Shown here piece by piece: positions 29,833 through 39,325 of a DNA stretch of 64,000 nt. The first letter of the stretch is position 1; every line of letters starts with the position of its first letter. Below the pieces are notes generated by a model that saw only the letters and a list, made by a program, of their open reading frames with translations, did no database searches and was not told where the DNA came from. The position numbers were made by a program, and so were the translations under genes. Source of the DNA: Polyangiales bacterium (GTDB lineage: Bacteria > Myxococcota_A > Polyangia > Polyangiales > Houyiibacteriaceae); the NCBI GenBank assembly GCA_045106895.1, contig JBGCFM010000041.1, positions 1 through 64,000 of the forward strand, written 5' to 3'.

Positions 29833-30635
29833 TGGACGATTCGATTCTATGGCGGGCCGGCACCGTCGCTCACTACGTCGACGCCGAATACTACGACCAG
29901 GCCTATCGACGCCGGAGCCACGACAAGGCTTATTACGCCGCGTGCGCGTCGGGACGCGTGCTGGAACTCGGCGCCGGGACAGGTCGCATCACCCTCGCCG
30001 TCGCCGACGCGCTGTCCCGCCAAGAGGACGACGCTCATATCGTCGGCGTCGAGTCGATGGGCACCATGCTGGAGCGAGCGGAGCGACGCCTCAAGAAGCA
30101 GCCGAAGCGGGTTCAGCGGCGAGTGACCTTCGCCGAGGGGGACTTTCGAACGCTGCAGCTCGGCGAGACCTTCGATCAAGTCATCGCCCCCTTCAACGCG
30201 CTGATGCACCTCTACACAGCGGAAGACTTCGAAGCGACGCTGGACGTCGTTCGAAGGCACCTCCGGCCCGGCGGGCTCTTCCGCTTTGACGTTCTTTTGC
30301 CCGACCCCGCTGCGCTTGGGCGCGACCCCTCACGCATCTACAAGGGGAAGAAAGTGACGCTGCCATCGACAGGCCAGCGCTATCACTACGGCGAGCGCTT
30401 CAGCTACGATGCCGCGACGCAGGTTCAGATGATCGAGATGATCTTCACCGGTGTTGAAAACTCGCACGACGTGCACGTCGTGCCCCTCGCGCACCGCCAG
30501 TTCTTTCCGGCGGAGCTACGAGCGCTTCTTCGTCACAGCGGCTTTGAGCTCATCGCCCACGAAGGCGACTTCGACGGAGAAGACCTCGATGGCCACGCCG
30601 AGAGTCAGCTCATCGTGGCCCGCGTCCGCGACTAG
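29832..30635 (+). CDS. Class I SAM-dependent methyltransferase
   Basis: VLELGAGTGRI, EGDFR, FDQVIAPFNALMHL, LRPGG; ATG 29832 overlaps the previous stop. Confidence 0.9.
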   Translation: MDDSILWRAGTVAHYVDAEYYDQAYRRRSHDKAYYAACASGRVLELGAGTGRITLAVADALSRQEDDAHIVGVESMGTMLERAERRLKKQPKRVQRRVTFAEGDFRTLQLGETFDQVIAPFNALMHLYTAEDFEATLDVVRRHLRPGGLFRFDVLLPDPAALGRDPSRIYKGKKVTLPSTGQRYHYGERFSYDAATQVQMIEMIFTGVENSHDVHVVPLAHRQFFPAELRALLRHSGFELIAHEGDFDGEDLDGHAESQLIVARVRD

Positions 30636-30641
30636 CGAATC

Positions 30642-32021
30642 TTATTCGCCGGCGCCCGCGAGGGCTTCGTCGATCATCTTCTGATGCTCTTCCGGCCGTG
30701 CCCAGCGCTCCTTGCCTTCTTCGGGCAAGAGGTCGACGGGATCGAAGTAGAGGAAGTTCTGACCGGGCTTCACCGAAGGCGCCGTGTACACGCTGATGCC
30801 GGTGGTGCGGTTGTAATACTCGTGGCTGTGAACCTCGCGCTTGCCGCCACCGCCTGGTGCGTCCACCACGAAGGTTGGCGTGTTGAAGCCGGCGGTGCTC
30901 CCGCGGACATGCTTCTCGATGACCTTCGCCGTGTGCACCGTTGTTCGTAGCTCTTCCACCCCCTTCACGAGGTCGTGCTGGTAGACGTAATAAGGGTGCG
31001 CGTTCACGTATGCGCAGCGCCGAACCAACGTCGTCATCGTCTCCACGTCGTCGTTTACTCCTCGCTGGAAGACGGACTGGTTTCGCACGTGCACGCCGTG
31101 TTCGAAAAGACGCCCCAGAGCACGCGCGGTGATGGCGGTGATCTCATTCGGGTGATTGAAGTGGGTGTGCAGCATCACGTCCTTGTGAAGCTTGCGGCCC
31201 TTCTCCACGACACCGACGAGGGCCTTGAACCAGTCATCGTCGCTCAAGAGCTTCTGCGGCATGACCGCCGGTCCCTTCGAGGCGAAGCGCATGCGCCGGA
31301 CGTGCGGGATGTCCAGGAGTCGCTCGCCAAGCGTCGTGATCTGTGCCGCACGAAGGTTCCAGGCGTCGCCACCGCTGATGACGATGTCCTCAAGCTCGGG
31401 CCGTGACGCGATGTAGTCGAAGATGACTTCCCATCGCTTCGGCGATGCCTTGAGGCTTACCTTCTCCACCATGTCCTGGTCGGGACCGACGGCGTAGGAG
31501 CGCGTGCAAAAGCGGCAGTACACGGGGCACGTGTCGAGGGCGAGGAGCAACGCTTTGTCGGGGTAGCGATGCGTGAGACCGTCGACGGGCGCGTCGCCCT
31601 GCTCGCCGAGGGAGTCGAAGGTGAGCTTCGGGTGGTCTGGCAGAAGCGTGGACTTCGTCGGCAAGAACTGAGTCCGAATCGGATCGTGGTACGGGTTCTG
31701 CCAGTCGACGAGGCTCAGCATGTACGGCGAAACACGCACCGCCATGGGCGCCATGGCGAAGCCCTCCGCCGCGTCGTCGAGGAACGCATCACTCGCCAGG
31801 CCGCGAACAGCATCGAGGAGCTTTTCCGGCTTCGTGATGGAGTTCTTCATCTGCCATCGGTGGTCGAGGAAGCTCTTTTCGTCGACGTCGGCAAAAGCCG
31901 GTATTTTGCGCCAAAAATCGCCATCCAGCAGGTCGCGGTGTGCATAGGTGGACGGATCCGCAGGCGGTTTGACCGCTCGTGGTGCGCTTTCGCCTTCGAG
32001 GACTTTGAGTTCAACTCCCAT
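30642..32021 (-). CDS. KamA-family radical SAM/PLP aminomutase (lysine 2,3-aminomutase-like)
   Basis: THRYPDK, CPVYCRFCTR (CxxxCxxC), ISGGD, THFNHPNE, YQHD, VVDAPGGGGK. Confidence 0.93.
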   Translation of the reverse strand: MGVELKVLEGESAPRAVKPPADPSTYAHRDLLDGDFWRKIPAFADVDEKSFLDHRWQMKNSITKPEKLLDAVRGLASDAFLDDAAEGFAMAPMAVRVSPYMLSLVDWQNPYHDPIRTQFLPTKSTLLPDHPKLTFDSLGEQGDAPVDGLTHRYPDKALLLALDTCPVYCRFCTRSYAVGPDQDMVEKVSLKASPKRWEVIFDYIASRPELEDIVISGGDAWNLRAAQITTLGERLLDIPHVRRMRFASKGPAVMPQKLLSDDDWFKALVGVVEKGRKLHKDVMLHTHFNHPNEITAITARALGRLFEHGVHVRNQSVFQRGVNDDVETMTTLVRRCAYVNAHPYYVYQHDLVKGVEELRTTVHTAKVIEKHVRGSTAGFNTPTFVVDAPGGGGKREVHSHEYYNRTTGISVYTAPSVKPGQNFLYFDPVDLLPEEGKERWARPEEHQKMIDEALAGAGE

Positions 32022-32130
32022 GGGACGTGTGTAGCCTCAGCAGCGCCTCTGGGCCAGTTCGATCCGCCTCAGGCTGAACACCTGTGTGCTTTCTTTGACC
32101 AGCGCGTCCTGGTGGGGCAAGCGTGAAGGC

Positions 32131-33138
32131 GTGCAAGATCAGCTCATCTTCGTCATCTCGCCGCCGCGCGCAGGTTCTACCCTCCTTCAGCGAATGCTGG
32201 GGGCCCATAGCGAAGTGTTTACGCATCCCGAGCCACACCTCATCACGCCGCTTGAGCACCTTGGGTACTTTGCCCGCGTCGACGGGGCGCCGTACGACCA
32301 CGTCAACGCCTCCGAGGCGATGCGTACCTTCGTCGATGGCCTCCCCGGCGGCGAAGCCGACTACCTCGACGCGCTCCGAGCGTACGCCGACACCCTCTAC
32401 GGCCGGATGCTCTCCACAAGCGAAAAGAGCCGCTTCCTCGACAAAACGCCGGCGTATGCGCTCTCCCTCGACTTCCTCGTCAAGCTTTACCCTCAAGCCA
32501 AGTACGTCGTCCTAACTCGCCACCCCTTGGCGGTGTTCAGCTCCTACGCGAACAGCTTCTATGGCGGCAACTGGGAGGAAGCCCGAAGCTTCAATCCCGT
32601 CATCGAGCGATACGTGCCCGCGATGGCGAGCCTCCTTCGCGAGCGGCCGGTGCCGATCTGCCATGTGGCCTACGAGCAGCTTGTCGCTCAGCCGGCGGCT
32701 CAGCTCGAACGCATCTTCGCGTACCTTGGACTCGAGAACCAACCCGAAGCCGTCAACTACGGCAAGACCAAGATGAAGGCCGGAATGGGCGACCCGATCA
32801 ACGTCGCGAAGCACTCGCGGCCCATGACGGCGTCCATCGAGAAGTGGGCCGAAGAGCTGGCCGCCGATCCGAAAAAGCGCGCCCTCGCTGAAGAGATGAT
32901 CGCACGGATTCCGCCGGAAGATCTCGCCGAGTGGGGCTACGACGGCGACTCACTCTGGGCGCCTCTCGCCGGCGCGGGAAGCAACCCTCCCCCGAAGACG
33001 CCGCTCAACAGCTACACCTTCCAGCGCAACGTCATGCGTCTCGCGCGAAACCAAGTTCACGCTCGAAGCGGCGGCGTCGAGCTGGTGAAGAAGGTGCGCT
33101 ACTACTGCGATGTATTGCTTCGAAACCGCTTAGGTTGA
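32131..33138 (+). CDS. PAPS-dependent sulfotransferase
   Basis: 5'-PSB loop PPRAGSTLL, LDKTP, 3'-PB motif RHPLAVFSS, YEQLV. GTG start assumed. Confidence 0.92.
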   Translation: MQDQLIFVISPPRAGSTLLQRMLGAHSEVFTHPEPHLITPLEHLGYFARVDGAPYDHVNASEAMRTFVDGLPGGEADYLDALRAYADTLYGRMLSTSEKSRFLDKTPAYALSLDFLVKLYPQAKYVVLTRHPLAVFSSYANSFYGGNWEEARSFNPVIERYVPAMASLLRERPVPICHVAYEQLVAQPAAQLERIFAYLGLENQPEAVNYGKTKMKAGMGDPINVAKHSRPMTASIEKWAEELAADPKKRALAEEMIARIPPEDLAEWGYDGDSLWAPLAGAGSNPPPKTPLNSYTFQRNVMRLARNQVHARSGGVELVKKVRYYCDVLLRNRLG

Positions 33139-33144
33139 ACGACC

Positions 33145-33170
33145 AACCCCAGTGTTCGAACACTGGGGTT
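33145..33170. terminator. Perfect 26-bp palindrome, probable bidirectional terminator
   Basis: AACCCCAGTGTTCGAACACTGGGGTT between two convergent stop codons. Confidence 0.75.
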
Positions 33171-34083
33171 AGTAGCGGGGCACGCTTGGGTCGACGTCCT
33201 GGCTCCAGGCGTCGATACCGCCGCGGAGATTGTAGACGTTCTGGAAGCCCTGGGAAATGGCGTGCTCGGCTGCGCGCTGGCTTCGTCCGCCGTGGTGACA
33301 CTGGAAAACGATGGTGGCGGCGCGGTCGAGACCGTCCAAGAAGGCGCGGCACTCGTCATCGAGGAAGCGAGTTCCTTCGATGCTGGCGGTGGCGCGCTCT
33401 TCGGCGGTTCGCACGTCGATGAACTCGAAGGGCTTCCCGCCGTCGAGCCATTCCTTGGCCTGTTCGACTTCGAGCTGCTGCACTTTCGCGGGCTCGTTGG
33501 GGTTGTCGATCTTGAAGCCCGCACCTTCCGCACCTTCGACGAAGTCGATGGTCATTCCGTCGGCCTTGCGGGCCGTGGCGCGTTTCATCACGACGGTCCA
33601 ATCGCCGCCCTTGATGACGATGTCGTTCGGGCGAGCCTCGTCGAAATCGAGGCCGTACTGCCAGCGTCCCGATATCTCCAGGCGGATAACGATGGGCTGA
33701 CCCTCGGCGAACTCTTTGAGCTTGGCGAGCGCCCCTTCGGTGAGGAAGACCTCCGGTGTCTTCAGCTCGGCGCGCGTAACGCCGAGAACTCCGTCGAGTT
33801 CCCCGTTCTCGCTCATCTCCGTGACGATGTCGCAGCCGCCGACGAAGTCCCCCTTCACGTAGAGCTGCGGGATGGTGGGCCAGGAGGAGAACTCCTTGAT
33901 GCCTTCGCGGATGTCCGGGGCGCTGAGAACATCCACGGTCTTGTATTCGGGAAGGTACTCATCGAGGGCAGCGACAACTTTTGCGCTGAATCCACACTGG
34001 GGGGCGTCTCGGTTGCCCTTCATGAAGAGAACCACGGGGCTCTCGGCGACGATCTGGGCGATTTGGGCCTGCACATTGCTCAT
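33169..34083 (-). CDS. grxD: Monothiol glutaredoxin (Grx4) fused to a degenerate IscA/HesB-like domain and a rhodanese
   Basis: VLFMKG..PQCGFS, WPTIPQLY, GGCD; middle domain ends GFKIDNPN; rhodanese DVRT...CHHGGRS...LRGGIDAW. Confidence 0.88.
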   Translation of the reverse strand: MSNVQAQIAQIVAESPVVLFMKGNRDAPQCGFSAKVVAALDEYLPEYKTVDVLSAPDIREGIKEFSSWPTIPQLYVKGDFVGGCDIVTEMSENGELDGVLGVTRAELKTPEVFLTEGALAKLKEFAEGQPIVIRLEISGRWQYGLDFDEARPNDIVIKGGDWTVVMKRATARKADGMTIDFVEGAEGAGFKIDNPNEPAKVQQLEVEQAKEWLDGGKPFEFIDVRTAEERATASIEGTRFLDDECRAFLDGLDRAATIVFQCHHGGRSQRAAEHAISQGFQNVYNLRGGIDAWSQDVDPSVPRY

Positions 34084-34155
34084 GGGGCGAATCGTGGAGC
34101 GGAGAGCACATGGAGGCAAGGGGTGGCAGCACGGGACGCCAAGGGAGCAAGTGCT

Positions 34156-34932
34156 ATGCTCCCGAATATGAGTCGTCTGGTTGCTTTCCTTGCGGTTTTC
34201 GCCCCTGCCCTGGCCCTGGCCCAAGGGGGCTCCGAGCTGGCGCCTCCGCCGACTTCGTCCGGCGTGGCCGTGGACGTGGAGGTCAATGCCGAGCTTGAGC
34301 CCGAGGGCCAAAGCGACCCAGGCGCTGGGGACACGCCGCCGCCGGTGGTCTATGCGCAGCCTCATGGCCAGGGCGCGGTCCAAGTCGCTCCGGTTCAGCC
34401 AGCTGTGCTCCCGCCCCAGCCCCGCGGCGCCCCCGTGGCGCCTTCTGGGTATGGTCCGCAACCAAACGCCTACGCCCCCGGCCAGCAGAACGTGTACGCG
34501 CCGGGCCAGCCCTACGTATATCCGCCGCGCCGATCGCGACATGTCCGCATTCGCTACCGAGAAGGCATGGAAGTCCCCGAGGGCGCCTCCATCGTCGAGC
34601 GTCGCCGCCGTGGGCTACTCATCGCCGGCATCGCCGCATTCGCGGCCTCGTACGGCATCTCAGCCGTGTTCGCGTCCCTCGACGCCGATCTCGCGATCAT
34701 GGCGGTTCCCTTCGCGGGACCACTGATCTGGCAAGCGCGCGATGGCAGCTCCGACACCGCCGCGGGTATGGCTTTCCTTTCCATCGCCCAGGTGGCAGGA
34801 GTGGTGCTCTTTGCCCTTGGTCTGCGAAAACGAACCTACATCGAATATTGGGCCGACAGGGATGGTCCAACCCTTATTGTGACTCCAGACATCACTCCCC
34901 AGTATGCCGGTGTCTCCCTCACGCTTTTCTGA
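34156..34932 (+). CDS. Exported/membrane hypothetical protein with a Pro/Gln/Tyr-rich linker
   Basis: Signal peptide ...APALALAQ, YAPGQ repeats, C-terminal hydrophobic segments ending GVSLTLF. Confidence 0.75.
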   Translation: MLPNMSRLVAFLAVFAPALALAQGGSELAPPPTSSGVAVDVEVNAELEPEGQSDPGAGDTPPPVVYAQPHGQGAVQVAPVQPAVLPPQPRGAPVAPSGYGPQPNAYAPGQQNVYAPGQPYVYPPRRSRHVRIRYREGMEVPEGASIVERRRRGLLIAGIAAFAASYGISAVFASLDADLAIMAVPFAGPLIWQARDGSSDTAAGMAFLSIAQVAGVVLFALGLRKRTYIEYWADRDGPTLIVTPDITPQYAGVSLTLF

Positions 34933-34951
34933 GCCACCACTTCCTTTTTTT

Positions 34952-36130
34952 GTGCGACCACCACTCCCCCTCACGGCCTTCGCTCTAACCAGCGGTCTCG
35001 GAAGTTCCGCGCATGATGCGCTCGCAGCCTTAAAGAAAGGGGAGCGAGGGCTACGTGCGCCTCCCGTCGACGTCCCCTTCGAGACGGTCACCGGAACGGT
35101 GCCTTTTGAGCTCCCCGAGCTGCCTCTCGAATACGCGCACATGGAGTCGCGAAGTGCGCGCCTCGCCTTGCATGCATACGAGCAGATTCATGGCGCCGTC
35201 GACAACGCTTTGTCGCGTTGGGGCGCGTCACGCGTCGCGCTTATCCTCGGCACCAGCACCGGCGGCATCGATCGAACGGAATACGCCCACGCTGCCTGGT
35301 GGACGGCTGGGCAAGGCGACTCTCCTCTCCCAGCCGACTATCGCTACGAGACCCAGCATCCGTTTCACGCCTTCAGTGATCTGCTCGCGCTGCGAAGCGG
35401 GATCCTTGGCCCGCGTTATGTGGTCTCGACGGCCTGCAGTTCAAGCGCCAAGGCCTTTGCTTCCGCGCGACGTCTCATCGAACTCGACATTGTCGACGCA
35501 GTGCTGGTCGGGGGCGTGGACGCCCTGTGTCACACCACAGTGCGCGGATTCCATGGCCTCGGCGTCATGGCCGACCGACCGTGCATGCCCTTCGGGAAAG
35601 ACCGCCCGGGGATGAACGTCGGCGAGGCCGCCGCTTTCCTTATGGTCGAGCGAGACGGCGAGGCACTGGCGCTTCTTCGCGGCGTCGGCGAGAGCTCAGA
35701 CGCGTATCATATGTCTTCGCCCCAGCCCGAAGGCCTGGGCGCCGCTGCCGCCATGGAAGCGGCTCTCCGGGAGGGCGGCGTCAAGAGCACCGAAGTGGAC
35801 TACATCAACGCTCACGGGACGGGAACCCGCCACAACGACGCCGCCGAATCGACGGCACTCAACCGCCTCTTCGGCTCGGACACGCCTGTCGTGAGCACCA
35901 AGGCGTACACGGGCCACACCTTGGGCGCGTGCGGCGGCGCGGAAGCGATCCTCTCGATTCTCTCACTTCAGCATGGCTTCGTTCCGGCGGCGCTCGGAAG
36001 CAGCCCCGTCGACGACGGCATCGACCTGCACCTGCCTCAAACTCTCGAAGAGCGTCCTCTCCGCTACGCGCTAAGCAACGCATTCGCCTTCGGCGGCAAC
36101 AACTGCAGCGTGCTTTTGGAGAAAGCATGA
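34952..36130 (+). CDS. Beta-ketoacyl-ACP synthase (aryl-polyene ApeO-like)
   Basis: STACSSSAKA (Cys), NAHGTGT and TGHTLGA (His-His), SNAFAFGGNN. GTG start assumed. Confidence 0.9.
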   Translation: MRPPLPLTAFALTSGLGSSAHDALAALKKGERGLRAPPVDVPFETVTGTVPFELPELPLEYAHMESRSARLALHAYEQIHGAVDNALSRWGASRVALILGTSTGGIDRTEYAHAAWWTAGQGDSPLPADYRYETQHPFHAFSDLLALRSGILGPRYVVSTACSSSAKAFASARRLIELDIVDAVLVGGVDALCHTTVRGFHGLGVMADRPCMPFGKDRPGMNVGEAAAFLMVERDGEALALLRGVGESSDAYHMSSPQPEGLGAAAAMEAALREGGVKSTEVDYINAHGTGTRHNDAAESTALNRLFGSDTPVVSTKAYTGHTLGACGGAEAILSILSLQHGFVPAALGSSPVDDGIDLHLPQTLEERPLRYALSNAFAFGGNNCSVLLEKA

Positions 36131-36876
36131 ACGTGCATGTCCGAGGGCACGCCTTCTGGGCACCCGGCTACGCGTCGATGGATGCGTTTGAGTCCGGGGA
36201 CCGAGATGAGTCGCTCGAGCGACCGGCCATCGCATTCGTGGACTCGCGCATGAAGCGCGCGACGAGCTTGATGACGCGCATGTCGGTGCACTGCGTGGCA
36301 GGAGCCATCGAGTCGAGCGGCCTTCCATTGGATGGCTGCGCGACGGTCTTCGGCTCGGAGCATGGGGAGATTCAAATCGCCGTCGATCAGATGGTGATGA
36401 TGCAGGACGGCGAAGGCCGCATTTCCCCCGCGCGTTTCAAGAACAGCGTGCACAACACCGCGGCAGGGCTGTTTTCCATCGCGGCAAAGAACAAAGGTTT
36501 CACGACGGCGCTGGCCGCGGGGGCCGACACCTTCCCGCTCTCACTCCTCGAGGGCATGGCCCTGTTGAAAGCCGGCGACGCAAAACACGTCGTCATCGTC
36601 GTCGCGGACGAGCCGCTGCCCCAACCGATCGCACACGCGTCGACGCACACAGCGATGGCCATCGCCCTCGCGCTGAGCACGGAGAAGGGCCCCGGTCCCG
36701 AGATTTCTCTCCCCGTGCTTTCCTCCGCCAAGACGAAGGACACTCCCCCTTCGCAGGTGCCAGAGGCGTTTGCGGAGCACTGCGGCGCCGCCGCATACCG
36801 CTTGCTGGTGGCGATCCGAAACGGCGAGCGCGGCAAGGTGCGACTCAACCCCTCCTGGGAGGTTGAGGTCTCATGA
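36127..36876 (+). CDS. Beta-ketoacyl synthase chain-length factor (ApeC-like)
   Basis: VFGSEHGE and ISPARFKNSVHNTAAG; no catalytic triad; ATGA-coupled on both sides. Confidence 0.88.
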   Translation: MNVHVRGHAFWAPGYASMDAFESGDRDESLERPAIAFVDSRMKRATSLMTRMSVHCVAGAIESSGLPLDGCATVFGSEHGEIQIAVDQMVMMQDGEGRISPARFKNSVHNTAAGLFSIAAKNKGFTTALAAGADTFPLSLLEGMALLKAGDAKHVVIVVADEPLPQPIAHASTHTAMAIALALSTEKGPGPEISLPVLSSAKTKDTPPSQVPEAFAEHCGAAAYRLLVAIRNGERGKVRLNPSWEVEVS

Positions 36877-38111
36877 CACTGTCTGGAACAAGGCGGGTCG
36901 TGGTCACCGGCGTCGGCCTTGAGACCCCCATCGGCGAGTCCTTCGAGAGCGTGTCGACGGCGCTCCAAGAGGACCAACATGGCGTCATCCACATGGATGA
37001 GTGGGCCGAAGTTGGCGAGATGATCACCCGCCTCGGCGCCCCCGCCCGCAAGCTCGAGCGCAAGCGATGGCCGCGCAAGAAGATCCGCAGCATGGGTCGT
37101 GTCGCGCTCCTCGCGACGGCCGCGACGGAATCGGCCATCGAGGACTCTGGACTCCCCGTCGACGTGGTTCAACACCCACGGACGGGCCTCGCCTATGGCT
37201 CCACGCATGGCAGCAGCGACGCCTGGGAGGGGTTCGCACGGACGCTCGCGCAGCCCGACGCCCTCTTAGGTCTTGGCTCGAACACCTACCTGAAGTTCAT
37301 GAGCCACACGTGTGCGGTGAACTTGGCCATCTTCTTCGGCATTCATGGGCGCGTGCAGAGCACCTGCGCGGCCTGCGTGAGCGCGAGCCAAGCCATCGGC
37401 GCCGGTTTCGAAGCGATTCGTTTCGGCATGCAGGACGTAATGATCTGCGGCGGGGCCGAAGAGCTTCACTGGGTCTCCACGGGCGTCTTCGATGTGCTTC
37501 AGGCCACTTCGATCCGTTTCAACAAGACTCCTGATCGCTCGCCACGCCCCTTCGACCGCGACCGCGACGGACTCGTCGTCGGCGAAGGTGCCGCGACCCT
37601 TGTCCTCGAGGAGTGGGAGCACGCCAAATCGCGGGGAGCGAAGATCTACGGTGAGGTTATTGGCTTTGGAACGAGCTGCGACGGCACCCATATTACCTCG
37701 CCCTCCCCCACGGGCATGGAGGCCGCCATGCGGCTGGCCTTGGATGATGCTGGCGTAAGCCCTAGCGACATCGACTACATCAACGCCCACGCGACGGCCA
37801 CGGAGGTTGGTGACATCAGCGAGAGCGCCGCCACCTGGGAGGTCTTCGGCGACAAGACGCCGATCGGCAGCACCAAGGGCTTCACGGGTCACACCCTCGG
37901 GGCGTGCGGCGCCATGGAGACGGCGTTCTGCCTCGCGATGATGCGAGACGGTTTCATCGCCCCGAGCCGAAACCTTGAGAACGCAGATCCCAAGTGCGCG
38001 CCGCTCGGATACGTGGTCGGCGACGCCCGTGACACTCGCCCGGACATCGTTCTCAACAACAACTTCGCCTTCGGCGGAATCAACACCTCACTCGTGGTCA
38101 AACGCGTATGA
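36873..38111 (+). CDS. Beta-ketoacyl-ACP synthase II (ApeR/FabF-like)
   Basis: RRVVVTG, KFMSHTCAVN, AACVSAS, NAHATAT, TGHTLGA, NNFAFGGIN. Confidence 0.92.
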   Translation: MTLSGTRRVVVTGVGLETPIGESFESVSTALQEDQHGVIHMDEWAEVGEMITRLGAPARKLERKRWPRKKIRSMGRVALLATAATESAIEDSGLPVDVVQHPRTGLAYGSTHGSSDAWEGFARTLAQPDALLGLGSNTYLKFMSHTCAVNLAIFFGIHGRVQSTCAACVSASQAIGAGFEAIRFGMQDVMICGGAEELHWVSTGVFDVLQATSIRFNKTPDRSPRPFDRDRDGLVVGEGAATLVLEEWEHAKSRGAKIYGEVIGFGTSCDGTHITSPSPTGMEAAMRLALDDAGVSPSDIDYINAHATATEVGDISESAATWEVFGDKTPIGSTKGFTGHTLGACGAMETAFCLAMMRDGFIAPSRNLENADPKCAPLGYVVGDARDTRPDIVLNNNFAFGGINTSLVVKRV

Positions 38112-39322
38112 AACTTCACGATTGTATTGTCGTCGGCGGAGGCCCCGCAGGGTCCACGGTTGGCTCTCTCCTCGCAAAAGACGGGCACGACGTACTCGTC
38201 CTTGAAGCGGATGTCTTTCCACGCTTCCACATCGGCGAATCGCTGCTGCCGTCGGAGCTCCCCATTTTCGAAAAGCTAGGTTTCGAAATGAGCGGGATGT
38301 CATCGGTGTTCAAAGAGGGCGCTGACTTTCTCGACGAACGCAGCGGAAAGTGCGCGCGTTTCGCCTTCGCAGAAGGGCTCGAGGGCACACGTCCCCACTC
38401 CTATCAGGTCGAACGCGCCGTGTTCGACGAAGCACTCTTGAATCACTGCGCAGGACTCGGGGCGCAGGTTCAGCAGGATACAAAAGTCGTCGACATCGAC
38501 ATTCAAAAGGACTTCGTGTGCGTCCGCACCGCCGATGCCGATCACCGTGCCCGTTATGTTGTCGACGCGACGGGCCGCGATCGGGTCCTCTCGAAACAGC
38601 ACAAGAGCTATGAGCGCCTCCAAGGCTTGGGACTCGCGGCGGTTTGGGCGCACTTCGACGGCATGCCGGCGAAACCTCGCGAAGAACTCGAGAAGACCGG
38701 CAACATCATCGTACTCATGCTCGAGAGTGGATGGGGCTGGGTCATTCCACTGAATGGCGGCCGCGTCAGTATCGGGTTCGTGAGCGCCGAAAAAGGCGTG
38801 GTCAGTCACGATTGGTTCGAGGAGGTCTTCGCCGCTAGCCCCTTCCTCCAACGCATCACCAAGGGAGCCCCCCGAAGCCCTCTTCAGATGGTCGGCGACT
38901 ACAGCTACAAGAACACCTCGCCGCACGGCCCTCGATGGGCGTGTGTCGGTGACGCGAACGGCTTCCTCGACCCCGTGTTCTCTTCGGGGGTTGCCTTGGC
39001 CATGGCGGGGGCGGAAAAGCTAGCGGAGCTGCTCTCTCCGGCGCTCGCGGAGAAGCGCGAGGACGACGCGGCACTCATGGCTCCGATGCAGGCGCATATG
39101 GACCACGCGTATGGCGTCTTCAACGCGGTATTGCAGAGTTTTTACCACACCAACCTCGTGGACAATCTCTTCTTTTACGACGACCCGGACATGAACTTGC
39201 GAGCTGGATTGATCAGCATTCTCGCCGGCGACGTATGGCGTGACGACAACGACTTTCAGAAGATGATCCTACGCCGAAACGAAAAGCGCCTTCGCCGTGC
39301 TCGCAAGCTAGTGCCTGCCTGA
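38108..39322 (+). CDS. FAD-dependent oxidoreductase, probable flavin-dependent halogenase
   Basis: GGGPAG, FPRFHIGESLLP, WxWxIP (GWGWVIPL), GDA..FLDPVFSSGV. Confidence 0.82.
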   Translation: MKLHDCIVVGGGPAGSTVGSLLAKDGHDVLVLEADVFPRFHIGESLLPSELPIFEKLGFEMSGMSSVFKEGADFLDERSGKCARFAFAEGLEGTRPHSYQVERAVFDEALLNHCAGLGAQVQQDTKVVDIDIQKDFVCVRTADADHRARYVVDATGRDRVLSKQHKSYERLQGLGLAAVWAHFDGMPAKPREELEKTGNIIVLMLESGWGWVIPLNGGRVSIGFVSAEKGVVSHDWFEEVFAASPFLQRITKGAPRSPLQMVGDYSYKNTSPHGPRWACVGDANGFLDPVFSSGVALAMAGAEKLAELLSPALAEKREDDAALMAPMQAHMDHAYGVFNAVLQSFYHTNLVDNLFFYDDPDMNLRAGLISILAGDVWRDDNDFQKMILRRNEKRLRRARKLVPA

Positions 39323-39325
39323 CGT

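Noticed and set aside
32073..32089. SOS box upstream of the kamA-like gene (minus strand GCACACAGGTGTTCAGC)
   Set aside because: Only the GTTCAGC half matches well, and the flanking genes are not typical SOS members.
33262..34155. N-terminal ~300 aa of the 556-aa + strand ORF, and the upstream extension of the 457-aa minus ORF
   Set aside because: Antisense shadows of the Grx4 fusion and its divergent neighbour; real starts are near 34083 (minus) and 34156 (plus).
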